Source: an uncultured Clostridium sp.
GTDB lineage: Bacteria; Bacillota; Clostridia; TANB77; CAG-508
NCBI GenBank assembly: GCA_948471115.1
Contig: CAOKRJ010000001.1
Location: 35,999-99,998, forward strand
DNA length: 64,000 bases
Direction of reading: 5' to 3'
Every line of letters begins with the position of its first letter. Within the stretch, counting starts at the first letter, position 1. Positions 51,078 through 60,916 of this stretch are shown in pieces. Made by a program: the position numbers and the translations under genes. Under the pieces are notes generated by a model. The model ran no database searches. It saw only the letters and a list, made by a program, of their open reading frames with translations, and was not told the origin of the DNA.

Positions 51078-53708
51078 ATGAGTGATGAAAAAGTAAAAAA
51101 TAAAAAACACAAAAAGGGGAAAAAAGAAAAAAACAAAAAGGAAAATAAAAAAGGAAATAAAAAGTTAAAGAAAATAATATTAATCACATTTTTAACAATA
51201 TTAATATTAGGAGTTATAGCAGTAGGAGTACTATTCGGAGTAGTATTTGGACTAATAAAAGGAGAATGGTCTTTATCAGAAGAAGACTTAGAGATAGAAT
51301 TTGCAAATTCAACCATTGTAGACATGGATGGTAATGTAATTGGAACATTGAATGGAGATGAAAATAGGATAATAATAAGTAAAGACGAGATGTCTAAATA
51401 CTTAGAACAAGCATTTATATCAATAGAAGATGAAAGATTTGAAACACATAAAGGAGTTGACTTAAAAAGAACATTAGGTGCAACTTTAACATTTGTAACA
51501 CATAAAGGTAGTTCATCATATGGTGGAAGTACTATAACTCAACAATGTGTAAAAAATCTAACAGGAGAAGATGATAGCAAAGGAATAAATGGAGTACTAA
51601 GAAAAGTCAAAGAAATGGCTAGAGCATATCAATTAGAAAAAATCTGGTCAAAAGATCAAATACTAGAACTATACTTAAACCTAATTCCTTTAGGTGGAGA
51701 TGTATATGGAGTAGAGATGGCATCAAGAAAATACTTTAATAAATCAGCTAAAGACCTTACAGTAGTGGAAGCAGCATATTTAGCAGGAATTACAAATGCA
51801 CCTAGTACATATAATCCATTTGGAGATCATGGATATGGAACAGATGAAGCAAAAACAACAAGAATAAATAAAAGAGTAACAAACGTATGTTATAAGATGA
51901 ACGAATTAGGACGATTAAGTGATGATGAATACAAAAAAGCATTAGAAGAAATAGATGCAGGAATTAAATTTGAACAAGGAACTACATCAAGCAATTCAAA
52001 CCATTCATATCATACAGAAGCAGCAATAAGGCAGGTATTAAAAGAATTAATGGCAAAAAATAACTGGTCAGAAGAAGAAGCGAAACTACACTTATATGGT
52101 GGAGCATACACAATACATACAACACAAGATACAAACTTACAAAAAACAGTGCAAGACGCTTACTTAAATAAGGATTGGATAACAACAAAAACAGTTACTA
52201 AAAAGGATGAAGAAGGAAAAGAAGCCAAAGTAAAAGAGCAAATACAATCAGCAATGGTATTAATAGACCATTCTACAGGATATATAGTTGCAGGTGCAGG
52301 AGCTTTAGGTGAAAAAACAGCATGGGGAGTTAACAGAATGGTTGAAAATGGTTCACAACCAGGTTCATCAATAAAACCATTAGCAGTTATTGCACCATCA
52401 CTACAAGAAGGTTTAATTACAGCAGCATCAGTTGCAGAAGATAGCCCAATAACCTTTGGAAGTTGGTCACCACATAATGATAAACAAGATGGATATTATG
52501 GACTTATGAATATTAGATGGATTTTAAGAGTATCTAGAAATCTTCCAGAAGTAAGAATGATGGCAAAATTAACTCCAGAAAAATCAGCCGAATATTTAAA
52601 AGCTATGGGTATAAGTTCACTTGCAGGAGATGAAGGACTATCTCTAGCATTAGGAGGTTTAACAAATGGTGTAAGTCCACTTGAAATGGCAGCAGCATAT
52701 GCTACAATAGCAAATTATGGAGTTTATATAGAACCTACATATTATACAAAAGTAGAATCATCAACAGGAAAAGTATTAATAGAAAAACAACAAGAAACAC
52801 ATAGAGTATTCTCAGAGCAAAATGCATGGATACTTCAATCATTACTTACAGAACCAACAGGAACAGGATTAACAGGAGCAAGTGGAGCAACTGCAACAGG
52901 TGCAGTATTAAAGGGATATCAAACATCAGGAAAAACAGGAACATCAAATGATTCTTTATACACATGGTTCTGTGGATTCACACCTTACTATACAGCATCA
53001 ATGTATTTTGGATATGATAGTTATGAAAAAAATGAAATTGGAAGAGTAAAAGCACCAGGAAGTGGTACAGTAGCAAGAAGATGGGCATCAATTATGAAAA
53101 AAGCACATGAAGGACTAGAACAAAAAAGATTTGAAATGCCATCAGGAATAACAACAGCAAAAGTTTGTTCAAAATCAGGATTACTTGCTACGGGATTATG
53201 TAGCAGTTCAGGAACAGTATATACAGAATATTTTGTAACAGGTACAGTTCCTAAAACATCATGTTCATCACATAGTGAAACAGCTATATGTAGTGAAACA
53301 GGATTATTAGCACATGAAGGATGTCCATATGTAGTCAAAAAATTATTCATAAAGAAGGAAAATGAAAATGGTTCAACAGGTATGTTTAGTGCAGATAGTG
53401 AAAGTATACCTTTACCAACAGAGACATGTCCACATGGACCACAAACTCCACAAGAACCACCAGAAGGAGAAAATCCAACAGACCCAAATAATCCAGAAGA
53501 GCCTAACAATCCAACAAATCCACCAGAGGGAAACAATACAGTAGACCCAAGTAATCCATCAGAAGGAAATAATACAACAGACCCAGATAACCCATCAGGA
53601 GGAAATAATACAACACCACCACCAGAAGGAGAAAATACAATACCACCAGAAGGAAATAACACAGTTCCACCAACAGGAGGAAACACCGTAAATAATACAA
53701 CTCAGTAA
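51078..53708 (+). CDS. class A penicillin-binding protein (PBP1A: transglycosylase + transpeptidase)
   Basis: GT51 motifs SIEDERFETHKGVD and RKVKE, transpeptidase SSIKP, SxN and KTG motifs. A C-terminal PEGNNT-type Pro/Asn/Thr repeat tail is encoded at about 53440-53700. Confidence 0.9.
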   Translation: MSDEKVKNKKHKKGKKEKNKKENKKGNKKLKKIILITFLTILILGVIAVGVLFGVVFGLIKGEWSLSEEDLEIEFANSTIVDMDGNVIGTLNGDENRIIISKDEMSKYLEQAFISIEDERFETHKGVDLKRTLGATLTFVTHKGSSSYGGSTITQQCVKNLTGEDDSKGINGVLRKVKEMARAYQLEKIWSKDQILELYLNLIPLGGDVYGVEMASRKYFNKSAKDLTVVEAAYLAGITNAPSTYNPFGDHGYGTDEAKTTRINKRVTNVCYKMNELGRLSDDEYKKALEEIDAGIKFEQGTTSSNSNHSYHTEAAIRQVLKELMAKNNWSEEEAKLHLYGGAYTIHTTQDTNLQKTVQDAYLNKDWITTKTVTKKDEEGKEAKVKEQIQSAMVLIDHSTGYIVAGAGALGEKTAWGVNRMVENGSQPGSSIKPLAVIAPSLQEGLITAASVAEDSPITFGSWSPHNDKQDGYYGLMNIRWILRVSRNLPEVRMMAKLTPEKSAEYLKAMGISSLAGDEGLSLALGGLTNGVSPLEMAAAYATIANYGVYIEPTYYTKVESSTGKVLIEKQQETHRVFSEQNAWILQSLLTEPTGTGLTGASGATATGAVLKGYQTSGKTGTSNDSLYTWFCGFTPYYTASMYFGYDSYEKNEIGRVKAPGSGTVARRWASIMKKAHEGLEQKRFEMPSGITTAKVCSKSGLLATGLCSSSGTVYTEYFVTGTVPKTSCSSHSETAICSETGLLAHEGCPYVVKKLFIKKENENGSTGMFSADSESIPLPTETCPHGPQTPQEPPEGENPTDPNNPEEPNNPTNPPEGNNTVDPSNPSEGNNTTDPDNPSGGNNTTPPPEGENTIPPEGNNTVPPTGGNTVNNTTQ

Positions 53709-53755
53709 AAAATAGGTACAAAATATATGGGATATATGTCCCATATATTTTGAAA
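53709..53755 (+). terminator. intrinsic terminator after the PBP gene
   Basis: ATATATGGGA-tatatg-TCCCATATAT followed by TTTTG. Confidence 0.65.
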
Positions 53756-53778
53756 ATACTATAAAGAAAGGAAATATT

Positions 53779-55164
53779 ATGGGATTAAAAATATATAATA
53801 CTTTAACTAGAGAAAAAGAAGAGTTTAAGCCTTTAAATAAAGAAGATGTAAAAATTTATTCTTGTGGACCAACAGTGTACAGTTATGCACATATAGGAAA
53901 CTTTAGAACATACATATTTATGGACACATTAAGAAGAGTCTTAAAATATAATGGATATAAACTTAAACACGCTATGAATATTACAGATGTTGGGCACCTT
54001 GAATCAGATGCAGATGAAGGTGAAGATAAAATGCTAAAAGCAGCTAAAAAGGAGAATAAAAACCCATATGAAATTGCTAAATTTTATACAGATGCATTCT
54101 TTAAAGACTTTGATATATTAAATATAGATAGACCAGAAATAATATGTAAAGCAACAGACCATATTAAAGAAATGCTACAATTTGTTAAGGAGATTGTAGA
54201 AAATGGATATGCATATGAAACAAGTAGGGGAATATATTTTGACATATCAAAACTAGACCAATATCCAGTATTATCAACAAGAAAAATTGATGAGCAAATA
54301 GCAGGAGCAAGAATTGCAGTAGATGATGAAAAAAGAAATCCAGAAGACTTTGCAATTTGGATAAAAGCACCAGAAAATCATATAATGAAATGGGAAAGTC
54401 CTTGGGGGTTATCTTATCCAGGATGGCATATAGAATGTTCAGCAATGAGTAGAGAATATTTAGGAGATGAATTTGATATTCATACAGGAGGTATAGACCA
54501 TATTCCGACACATCATGAAAATGAAATTGCACAATCAAAAGGAGCAAATGGAAAAATACCAGCTAAATATTGGATGCACTGTAATTATTTACAAGTTGAT
54601 GGTGGAAAAATGTCTAAAAGTTTAGGAAATGTTTATACAGTATCAACTTTAAGTGAAAAAGGCATAAATCCTTTAGCATTCAAACTATTTTGTTTTTCAT
54701 CACATTATAGAAATAATATAAATTTTACTTTTGAAGGAATTGAGGCTACAAATAAAGCTTATGTTAGATTAAAAGATGGATATAATAAGCATAAAGAAGG
54801 TAAAGAAGATATTAGTGAAGATATAATAAATGAATTTAAAACAAAATTTGAAGAAGCAATAAATGATGACTTAAATATGCCAATGGCAATGGGAATAGTT
54901 TGGGACGTTATAAAATATCCAATAAAATCAAAAAAATTTTCAGAGCTATTAGAAAAGTTTGATGAAGTTTTAGGTTTAAAAATAGATGAAATTGATAAGA
55001 ATAGTATAGATTTACCAGAAGAAATAAAAGAATTAATTGAGCAAAGAAAAAATGCAAGAGAAAATAAAGAGTGGGAGCTATCTGATAAATTAAGAGATAG
55101 GATAATTGAATTAGGATATTCAGTAAAAGATACAAAAAACGGAATGGAAGTAGAAAAAGCATAG
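53779..55164 (+). CDS. cysS: cysteine--tRNA ligase
   Basis: HIGN (here HIGNFRTY), KMSKSLGN, and the zinc-binding Cys/His pattern. Confidence 0.95.
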   Translation: MGLKIYNTLTREKEEFKPLNKEDVKIYSCGPTVYSYAHIGNFRTYIFMDTLRRVLKYNGYKLKHAMNITDVGHLESDADEGEDKMLKAAKKENKNPYEIAKFYTDAFFKDFDILNIDRPEIICKATDHIKEMLQFVKEIVENGYAYETSRGIYFDISKLDQYPVLSTRKIDEQIAGARIAVDDEKRNPEDFAIWIKAPENHIMKWESPWGLSYPGWHIECSAMSREYLGDEFDIHTGGIDHIPTHHENEIAQSKGANGKIPAKYWMHCNYLQVDGGKMSKSLGNVYTVSTLSEKGINPLAFKLFCFSSHYRNNINFTFEGIEATNKAYVRLKDGYNKHKEGKEDISEDIINEFKTKFEEAINDDLNMPMAMGIVWDVIKYPIKSKKFSELLEKFDEVLGLKIDEIDKNSIDLPEEIKELIEQRKNARENKEWELSDKLRDRIIELGYSVKDTKNGMEVEKA

Positions 55165-55194
55165 GAATAGTGTTGGAGGGATTGATGTAAAGTA

Positions 55195-56187
55195 ATGGAA
55201 AAAGCCAATAATAGAAAAATGAATTTTTTTGTTAGAGCATATAAAGCAATAACTAATTTTGAAACTTATACACAATTTGCAATAGAGCCAATATCAAAAG
55301 CAATAAAGTATTTAGCGATATTAGTTTTAATATTTTCAATAATTGTTACAACTATTTATATAACATCCTTTAAATCAAAAATTTCACAAGGTGTTTCATA
55401 TTTAAAAGAAAATATAGAAGATATAAATTTTAATAATAAAACACTAAGTTATAATAATGGTGAATACTCAATTTATAATGATGACAAAAATATGATACCA
55501 ATTATTATAGTTGATACTAGCCAAGAACCAAATATAGAGGAATATAGAAATAAGGTAAAATTATATGATTATGGATTTATATTATTAAAAGATAAAATTG
55601 AAATATTTATATCAACACAAAGTAATGAAAATCAATTTACAACAATGCAATATTCGGATTATAATATTGATAATATGAGTAAAGAAGAAATATTAAATAA
55701 CCTTAATAATCCAATTATATGTGTTTATTTAGGCATAGCAGTATTTATAGTAGAATTTATACAGTATTTTATCTATATATTATTAAATGCAGTTGTATTA
55801 GCAGTAATGGGACAATTACTTGCAATGATATTGAAATTAAAAATGAAATTTAGTGAAACATATAGAATGGGAATATATGCCCTTACTTTACCTACAATAC
55901 TAGAATTAATATATATTATACTAAATAACACCACAGGTTTAGTAATACAATATTTTTCATGGATGTATACAACAATATCTTATATATATATTTGTGTAGC
56001 TATACTTATAATAAAAACAGACTTTATAAACATGCAAAACGAATTAATAAGAATAAAAATGGAAGAGCAAAAAGAAGAAAAAGAAACATTAGAAGAACAG
56101 GAAGAAACAAAAGAGGAAAATACAGAAGAAAAAAAAGAGGATGACTCTAACGAAGAAAATGACTTAAAAGAACAGACAGAAGGCTAA
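55195..56187 (+). CDS. hypothetical polytopic membrane protein with acidic C-terminal tail
   Basis: Several TM helices and an E/K-rich C-terminus. No catalytic motifs. Confidence 0.4.
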   Translation: MEKANNRKMNFFVRAYKAITNFETYTQFAIEPISKAIKYLAILVLIFSIIVTTIYITSFKSKISQGVSYLKENIEDINFNNKTLSYNNGEYSIYNDDKNMIPIIIVDTSQEPNIEEYRNKVKLYDYGFILLKDKIEIFISTQSNENQFTTMQYSDYNIDNMSKEEILNNLNNPIICVYLGIAVFIVEFIQYFIYILLNAVVLAVMGQLLAMILKLKMKFSETYRMGIYALTLPTILELIYIILNNTTGLVIQYFSWMYTTISYIYICVAILIIKTDFINMQNELIRIKMEEQKEEKETLEEQEETKEENTEEKKEDDSNEENDLKEQTEG

Positions 56188-56220
56188 TTAGCTAATATAA
56201 AATATGGAAGGAATTTGATA

Positions 56221-58023
56221 ATGAAAAAAGAACCAAGAAAAGAAAAAAATAATAAGAAAAAAATGCTAGTTGTATTACTCACAATATTACTAATTGCATT
56301 AATAGCACTTACAGCTTTATTGGTAATATACTCAGACACAAAGAACAAAGAAAACTTACCATATACTACATTATTAGATTACTTAGAACAAGACAAAATT
56401 GAAAAAATGGAAATGACATATGGTTCAACTACATTAAAGGTAACACTAAAAGAAAGAGAAAAAGAAGAAGATACAGAAACTGTAATAGTACCTAGTATAC
56501 AAGCATTTATGGAACATGTACAGAATAAAAAAATGGAAGGTAAGGACATTAACTTAGAGCAAAAACCAGCAAGTATAATTACAACAATAGCAAGCAAAGC
56601 ATGGTCAATTATACCTACAATATTAATGATAGCTTTATTTGTGATGATATTTCAAATGCAAGGACTTGGAGATAAAGGTATAGTATATGATGGTGAAGAA
56701 AACAAAAGCAGTGTAAAATTTGAAGATATTGCTGGATTAGAAGAAGAAAAAAATGAACTAGTTGAAATAGTTGGATTTCTAAAAGACCCTAAAAAATTTA
56801 GAGACATGGGAGCAAAAATTCCAAGAGGAGTTCTACTTTGTGGAAAACCAGGAACAGGAAAAACATTGTTAGCAAAAGCAGTTGCAGGAGAAGCAGGAGT
56901 TCCTTTTATAGCAATGAGTGGTTCTGAATTTATAGAAATGTTTGCAGGACTTGGAGCATCACGTGTGAGAAAATTATTTTCAAAAGCAAAGAGATTATCT
57001 CCATGTATAATTTTTATAGATGAGATAGATGCAATAGGTTCAAGAAGAACAGGAGGAAGTGGAGCAGAATCAGAAAATAACCAAACATTAAATCAATTAT
57101 TAGTTGAAATGGACGGATTTGAAACTGATAATGCAATAATAGTATTAGCAGCAACAAATAGACCAGAGATGTTAGATAAAGCCCTATTAAGACCAGGAAG
57201 ATTTGATAGACAAATAACAGTAGCACCACCAGATATAAAAGGTAGAGAGCAAATTTTACAAATACATGCAAAAGACAAAAAATTTGCAGATGATATAGAT
57301 TTAGCAGATATTGCAGATGACACAGCAGGATTTACTGGAGCAGAATTAAGTAATATATTAAATGAAGCAGCAATAATTGCAACAGTAAATGACCATGAAG
57401 CAATACAAAAAGATGATATAGAAGAAGCCATAAAAAAAGTAACAGTTGGATTACAAAAAACAAGTAGATTAATGTCAGAAAAAGATAAAAAATTAACAGC
57501 ATATCATGAAGCAGGACATGCTATAGTTAGTAAATTCCTTCCAACAGTAACAGATGTAAAAGAAATATCAATTATACCAAGAGGAGTTGCTGGTGGATAT
57601 ACAATGTATAAATCAGATGAAGATAAATATTATGTATCAAAAACAGAAATGGAAGAAAAACTAATCTCACTTTTAGGTGGACGTGCAGCAGAAAGATTAG
57701 TATTAAATGATATATCAACAGGAGCAAGTAATGATATAGAAGTTGCGACAAAGATTGCAAGAAACATGATAACAGTATATGGAATGAGTGATACATTAGG
57801 ACCAATATCATTAGTAGTAGATACACCAGAAGAATTACGATTATTTGGGCATAATATAGAAGATGAAATAGGAACAGAAATAAAAACTATAATAGATACA
57901 GCATATGTTAGAGCGCAACAAATATTAAATGCAAATATGGCAAAATTACATCAAATAGCACAAATACTATTAGAAAAAGAGACAATAACACAAGAAGAAT
58001 TTGAACAAGTATTTATGTCTTAA
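56221..58023 (+). CDS. ftsH: ATP-dependent zinc metalloprotease FtsH
   Basis: AAA Walker A GKPGTGKT, SRH, and the HEAGHAIV zinc site. The ORF opens at 56215, but the ATG at 56221 is better placed relative to the GGAAGGA RBS. Confidence 0.95.
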   Translation: MKKEPRKEKNNKKKMLVVLLTILLIALIALTALLVIYSDTKNKENLPYTTLLDYLEQDKIEKMEMTYGSTTLKVTLKEREKEEDTETVIVPSIQAFMEHVQNKKMEGKDINLEQKPASIITTIASKAWSIIPTILMIALFVMIFQMQGLGDKGIVYDGEENKSSVKFEDIAGLEEEKNELVEIVGFLKDPKKFRDMGAKIPRGVLLCGKPGTGKTLLAKAVAGEAGVPFIAMSGSEFIEMFAGLGASRVRKLFSKAKRLSPCIIFIDEIDAIGSRRTGGSGAESENNQTLNQLLVEMDGFETDNAIIVLAATNRPEMLDKALLRPGRFDRQITVAPPDIKGREQILQIHAKDKKFADDIDLADIADDTAGFTGAELSNILNEAAIIATVNDHEAIQKDDIEEAIKKVTVGLQKTSRLMSEKDKKLTAYHEAGHAIVSKFLPTVTDVKEISIIPRGVAGGYTMYKSDEDKYYVSKTEMEEKLISLLGGRAAERLVLNDISTGASNDIEVATKIARNMITVYGMSDTLGPISLVVDTPEELRLFGHNIEDEIGTEIKTIIDTAYVRAQQILNANMAKLHQIAQILLEKETITQEEFEQVFMS

Positions 58024-58225
58024 ATAAATATAATAAATTATATTTGAAAAAGAATTGTTATTTAGCTAGGCATTTAAGAAAGAAATACCAGAGACGTACT
58101 GTTGTACGCCAGAGGATTTTCTTTAGAAGAATCTTGAGGGAGTGAAATTGTCAAAGACAATTTCATACGCTATGTTGTTCCAGCAACGCTAAATACAATT
58201 ATCTTTCGAATGAGGAGGAATAGAA
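58024..58225 (+). other. about 200 nt structured leader upstream of the purD-like gene
   Basis: Contains a GACGTAC-tgtt-GTACGCC hairpin flanked by CCAGAG direct repeats, a perfect GAAATTGTC-aaa-GACAATTTC hairpin and a GTTG-ttccag-CAAC hairpin. No terminator T-run is obvious. Confidence 0.3.
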
Positions 58226-59530
58226 ATGGAAAAATGTATATTACTAGGAAATGGAGCAAGAGAAGCAGTAATTGCTGAAAAAATATCAGAGGGATTTGAA
58301 TTATATTGTATAATGCCATATGAAAATCCAACAATATCAGAATTTGCACAAAAATCAAATGGAAAAATATTAATAGGAGATCCATTTGACAAAGAATTAG
58401 TAAAGAAATTTATACAAGACGAAAATATAGAAAACTGTGTAATAAGTAGTGATAACTTATTAAGAGATGGATTAATAAACTTAGCAAGAGAATTAGGACT
58501 AAAAACATTTGGACCAACATCATTAGGGTCAAAAATAGAATGGAGCAAAACATATGCTTTAGGCATAGTACAAAAAATAGCACCAGAAATGGTAATAAAG
58601 AACTTTGAAATAAGAAGCAAAGAAGAATTAAGAAAAGTAATAGATGAAAATTATAAAGATGATAATTTTGTTATAAAACCAGAAGGATTAACAGGTGGAA
58701 AAGGGGTAAAAGTAGGAGGAATACATTTTAAAGGTAAAGAAGAAGGATACACATATGCACTATCATGTTTAGAAGGTAGTGGAGTAGTTATAGTACAAGA
58801 TAAAGTAGAAGGAAGAGAATTTACAGTAACAGGATTAACAGATGGAAAAAATCTTGTTATAACACCAACTACTTTTGATTATCCATATAGATTTGATGAG
58901 GACAAAGGACCAGGAACAGGCGGAATGGGATGCTTAAGTTTTGAAACAGGTCTATTACCATTTTTAAACCAAGAAGATATTAATCAATGTGCCGAATTAA
59001 TGAAAAAAGTAATTCAATATATAAATTGTGATAATAATGAGTTTACAGGACCAATATATGGGGGATTCTTTAAATGCGAAAATGGAATAAAATTCATAGA
59101 ATTCAATGCAAGATTTGGAGACCCAGAAGCACTAAACATATTAAATACATTAGAAACACCATTTAAGGAAGTATTTGATAATATTCAAAAACAAGAACTA
59201 TCAGAAGAAAACTGTAAATTCGCAAAAAAGGCAGTTTGTACAGTTTATATGGTAAGTCCAAACTATGCAATATCTTCAAGTAAAGAGCCTTGTAAATATA
59301 CACTAAACAAAGAGGAAATTACTAAAAAAGGTGCTAAAGTTTATTTTGCAAGTTCAAAAAGAGTACAAGGCAATTCTTATGAATCTGTTGGAAATTCAAG
59401 ATTGGTAGCTATTGTTGCAGAAGATGAAACTCTAGAGAAAGCAAAGCAAAAAGTATATACAGCAATAGAAGGAAATGTGGATAGTGTATTGAATTATAGA
59501 GGAGATATAGGAACAATCTATATTCACTAG
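58226..59530 (+). CDS. phosphoribosylamine--glycine ligase-like ATP-grasp enzyme (divergent, orphan PurD homolog)
   Basis: GPGTGGMG and RFGDPE motifs of PurD/ATP-grasp, but the N-terminus is atypical (GNGAREAVIAEKI). It is not in a pur operon. Confidence 0.65.
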   Translation: MEKCILLGNGAREAVIAEKISEGFELYCIMPYENPTISEFAQKSNGKILIGDPFDKELVKKFIQDENIENCVISSDNLLRDGLINLARELGLKTFGPTSLGSKIEWSKTYALGIVQKIAPEMVIKNFEIRSKEELRKVIDENYKDDNFVIKPEGLTGGKGVKVGGIHFKGKEEGYTYALSCLEGSGVVIVQDKVEGREFTVTGLTDGKNLVITPTTFDYPYRFDEDKGPGTGGMGCLSFETGLLPFLNQEDINQCAELMKKVIQYINCDNNEFTGPIYGGFFKCENGIKFIEFNARFGDPEALNILNTLETPFKEVFDNIQKQELSEENCKFAKKAVCTVYMVSPNYAISSSKEPCKYTLNKEEITKKGAKVYFASSKRVQGNSYESVGNSRLVAIVAEDETLEKAKQKVYTAIEGNVDSVLNYRGDIGTIYIH

Positions 59531-59556
59531 TCAGAAAATATAAGGAGAAAAAATTA

Positions 59557-59982
59557 TTGGATTATAATAAATTAGAGGAATTTGAGAAACAAAAAACAAA
59601 AGTAATGAACTACATAATGTATAAAAAAAGAACAGAATATGAAGTAAGACAAAAGTTTTCGAAAATAATAGAGAAAGAAACTTTAGAAGAAATCATCGAA
59701 TATGTAAAAGAAGCAGGATATTTGAGTGATACAGACTATATTGAAAGAGCAATAAATGAATTTATGGCATTAAAGAATTTATCAATATTTGAAATAAAAA
59801 ACAAATTATATGCTAAAGGAATTTCAAAAGACGATATAGAAGATTATATTTGTGAACATAGGGAAGAACTAGAAGAATATGAAGAAATGTCAAAAGAAAA
59901 CATAATTGCAAAAAAATCTGCTATAATGGATGAAAGAGAATTAAAAAATTATTTATATAAAAAAGGGTTTAATAAGGATTAA
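59557..59982 (+). CDS. recX: RecX-family regulatory protein (probable)
   Basis: TTG start with an AAGGAG RBS. Repeated three-helix units with the pattern ...EYVKEAGYLSDTDYIERAI...KNKLYAKGISKDDIEDYI typical of RecX. Confidence 0.5.
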   Translation: MDYNKLEEFEKQKTKVMNYIMYKKRTEYEVRQKFSKIIEKETLEEIIEYVKEAGYLSDTDYIERAINEFMALKNLSIFEIKNKLYAKGISKDDIEDYICEHREELEEYEEMSKENIIAKKSAIMDERELKNYLYKKGFNKD

Positions 59983-60020
59983 TTTGAAACGTAAAATGAT
60001 GTCATAATGGAAAAGGTAAG

Positions 60021-60080
60021 TGTAGGGGCACCGTTTGCGGAATTACTCGTGAGAAATGACACCACTGTGCCCTTTTATTA
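60021..60080 (+). terminator. GC-rich hairpin terminator (TGTAGGGGCAC ... GTGCCC, then TTTTATT)
   Basis: Member of the TGTAGGGG element family, with a long 36-nt loop. Confidence 0.5.
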
Positions 60081-60114
60081 GCAAGAGCAAATAAATAGAG
60101 TGAAAGGAAATAAA

Positions 60115-60873
60115 ATGAATAAAGTACTAACATTAGAAACAAATAAATATGCAATTAAAATAGAGAACTTTGAAGGACCACTAGATTTATTAGTACATTT
60201 AATAGATAAAAACAAAATGGATATATATGATATAAAAATTTCCGAAATTGCTGAACAATATATAGAATATATACACAAAATGGAGGAACTTAATTTAGTA
60301 ATAGCTAGTGAATTTGCAATTATGGCATCAACTTTATTATATTTAAAATCAAAAAAACTACTTCCAAAACATCAAGAAGATGAAGAAGAACTAACAGAAG
60401 AAGAACTGATAAGAAGAATTATAGAATATAAGAAATATAAAGATATAACACAAAAATTAAAAGAGAACTTTTTAACTTTTTCTAATAGATATTATAAATT
60501 TGCAGAAAAAATTGAATTACCTAAGCAACAATTAGACGAGAACTACGAGCAAGGAATAATAACAGAACTATACAAAAGATTAATATATAAAAATGAAGAA
60601 AAGATAAATGTAAATGCAAAAAATATTGAAAAAATAGCATTAGTAGACACATATACAGTACATGATAAGGTAAAGGAAATGTTTAAAATATTATTGCATA
60701 CTCCAAGTTTTGTATTTAATAAGGTATATACTTTAAGAAAACATAATAAGCAAGAGGTTGTAACTGCATTTTCAGGACTTTTAGAATTATCAAGAAGAAG
60801 TAAGGTAATGACAGAGCAACAACAGAATTTTGGGGACATAAGAGTTGAAAAAATAAAAAAAATTAAAGAATAA
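60115..60873 (+). CDS. scpA: segregation and condensation protein A
   Basis: FEGPLDLLVHLIDKNKMDIYDIKISEIAEQY is the ScpA N-terminus. The ATG at 60115 follows a GAAAGGA RBS. Confidence 0.9.
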   Translation: MNKVLTLETNKYAIKIENFEGPLDLLVHLIDKNKMDIYDIKISEIAEQYIEYIHKMEELNLVIASEFAIMASTLLYLKSKKLLPKHQEDEEELTEEELIRRIIEYKKYKDITQKLKENFLTFSNRYYKFAEKIELPKQQLDENYEQGIITELYKRLIYKNEEKINVNAKNIEKIALVDTYTVHDKVKEMFKILLHTPSFVFNKVYTLRKHNKQEVVTAFSGLLELSRRSKVMTEQQQNFGDIRVEKIKKIKE

Positions 60874-60916
60874 AATTAGAAAAATTGGAAAAAATTAATA
60901 ATATAAATTCTATGAA

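Noticed and set aside
53021-53686. Long minus-strand ORFs overlapping coding genes (53021-53686, 34784-35302, 34711-35046, 4322-4672, 18905-19384, 21607-22023, 57093-57431, 61576-61911 and others)
   Set aside because: These are shadow ORFs of low-complexity or AT-rich coding regions on the opposite strand. They lack RBSs and have L/F/I/S-dominated composition.
53709-53778. T-box leader upstream of cysS, and likewise upstream of lysS at 12299-12373
   Set aside because: The leaders are only about 70 nt and carry no specifier loop or T-box sequence. The cysS upstream hairpin is a plain terminator of the PBP gene.
58024-58225. Purine or ZTP or glycine riboswitch upstream of the purD-like gene
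   Set aside because: None of the core consensus stretches could be found: no purine-aptamer junction motifs, no ZTP pseudoknot CCGCCUGGGC-like element, and no glycine GGAGAG/ACCGAAGG elements. It is kept only as an unclassified structured leader.
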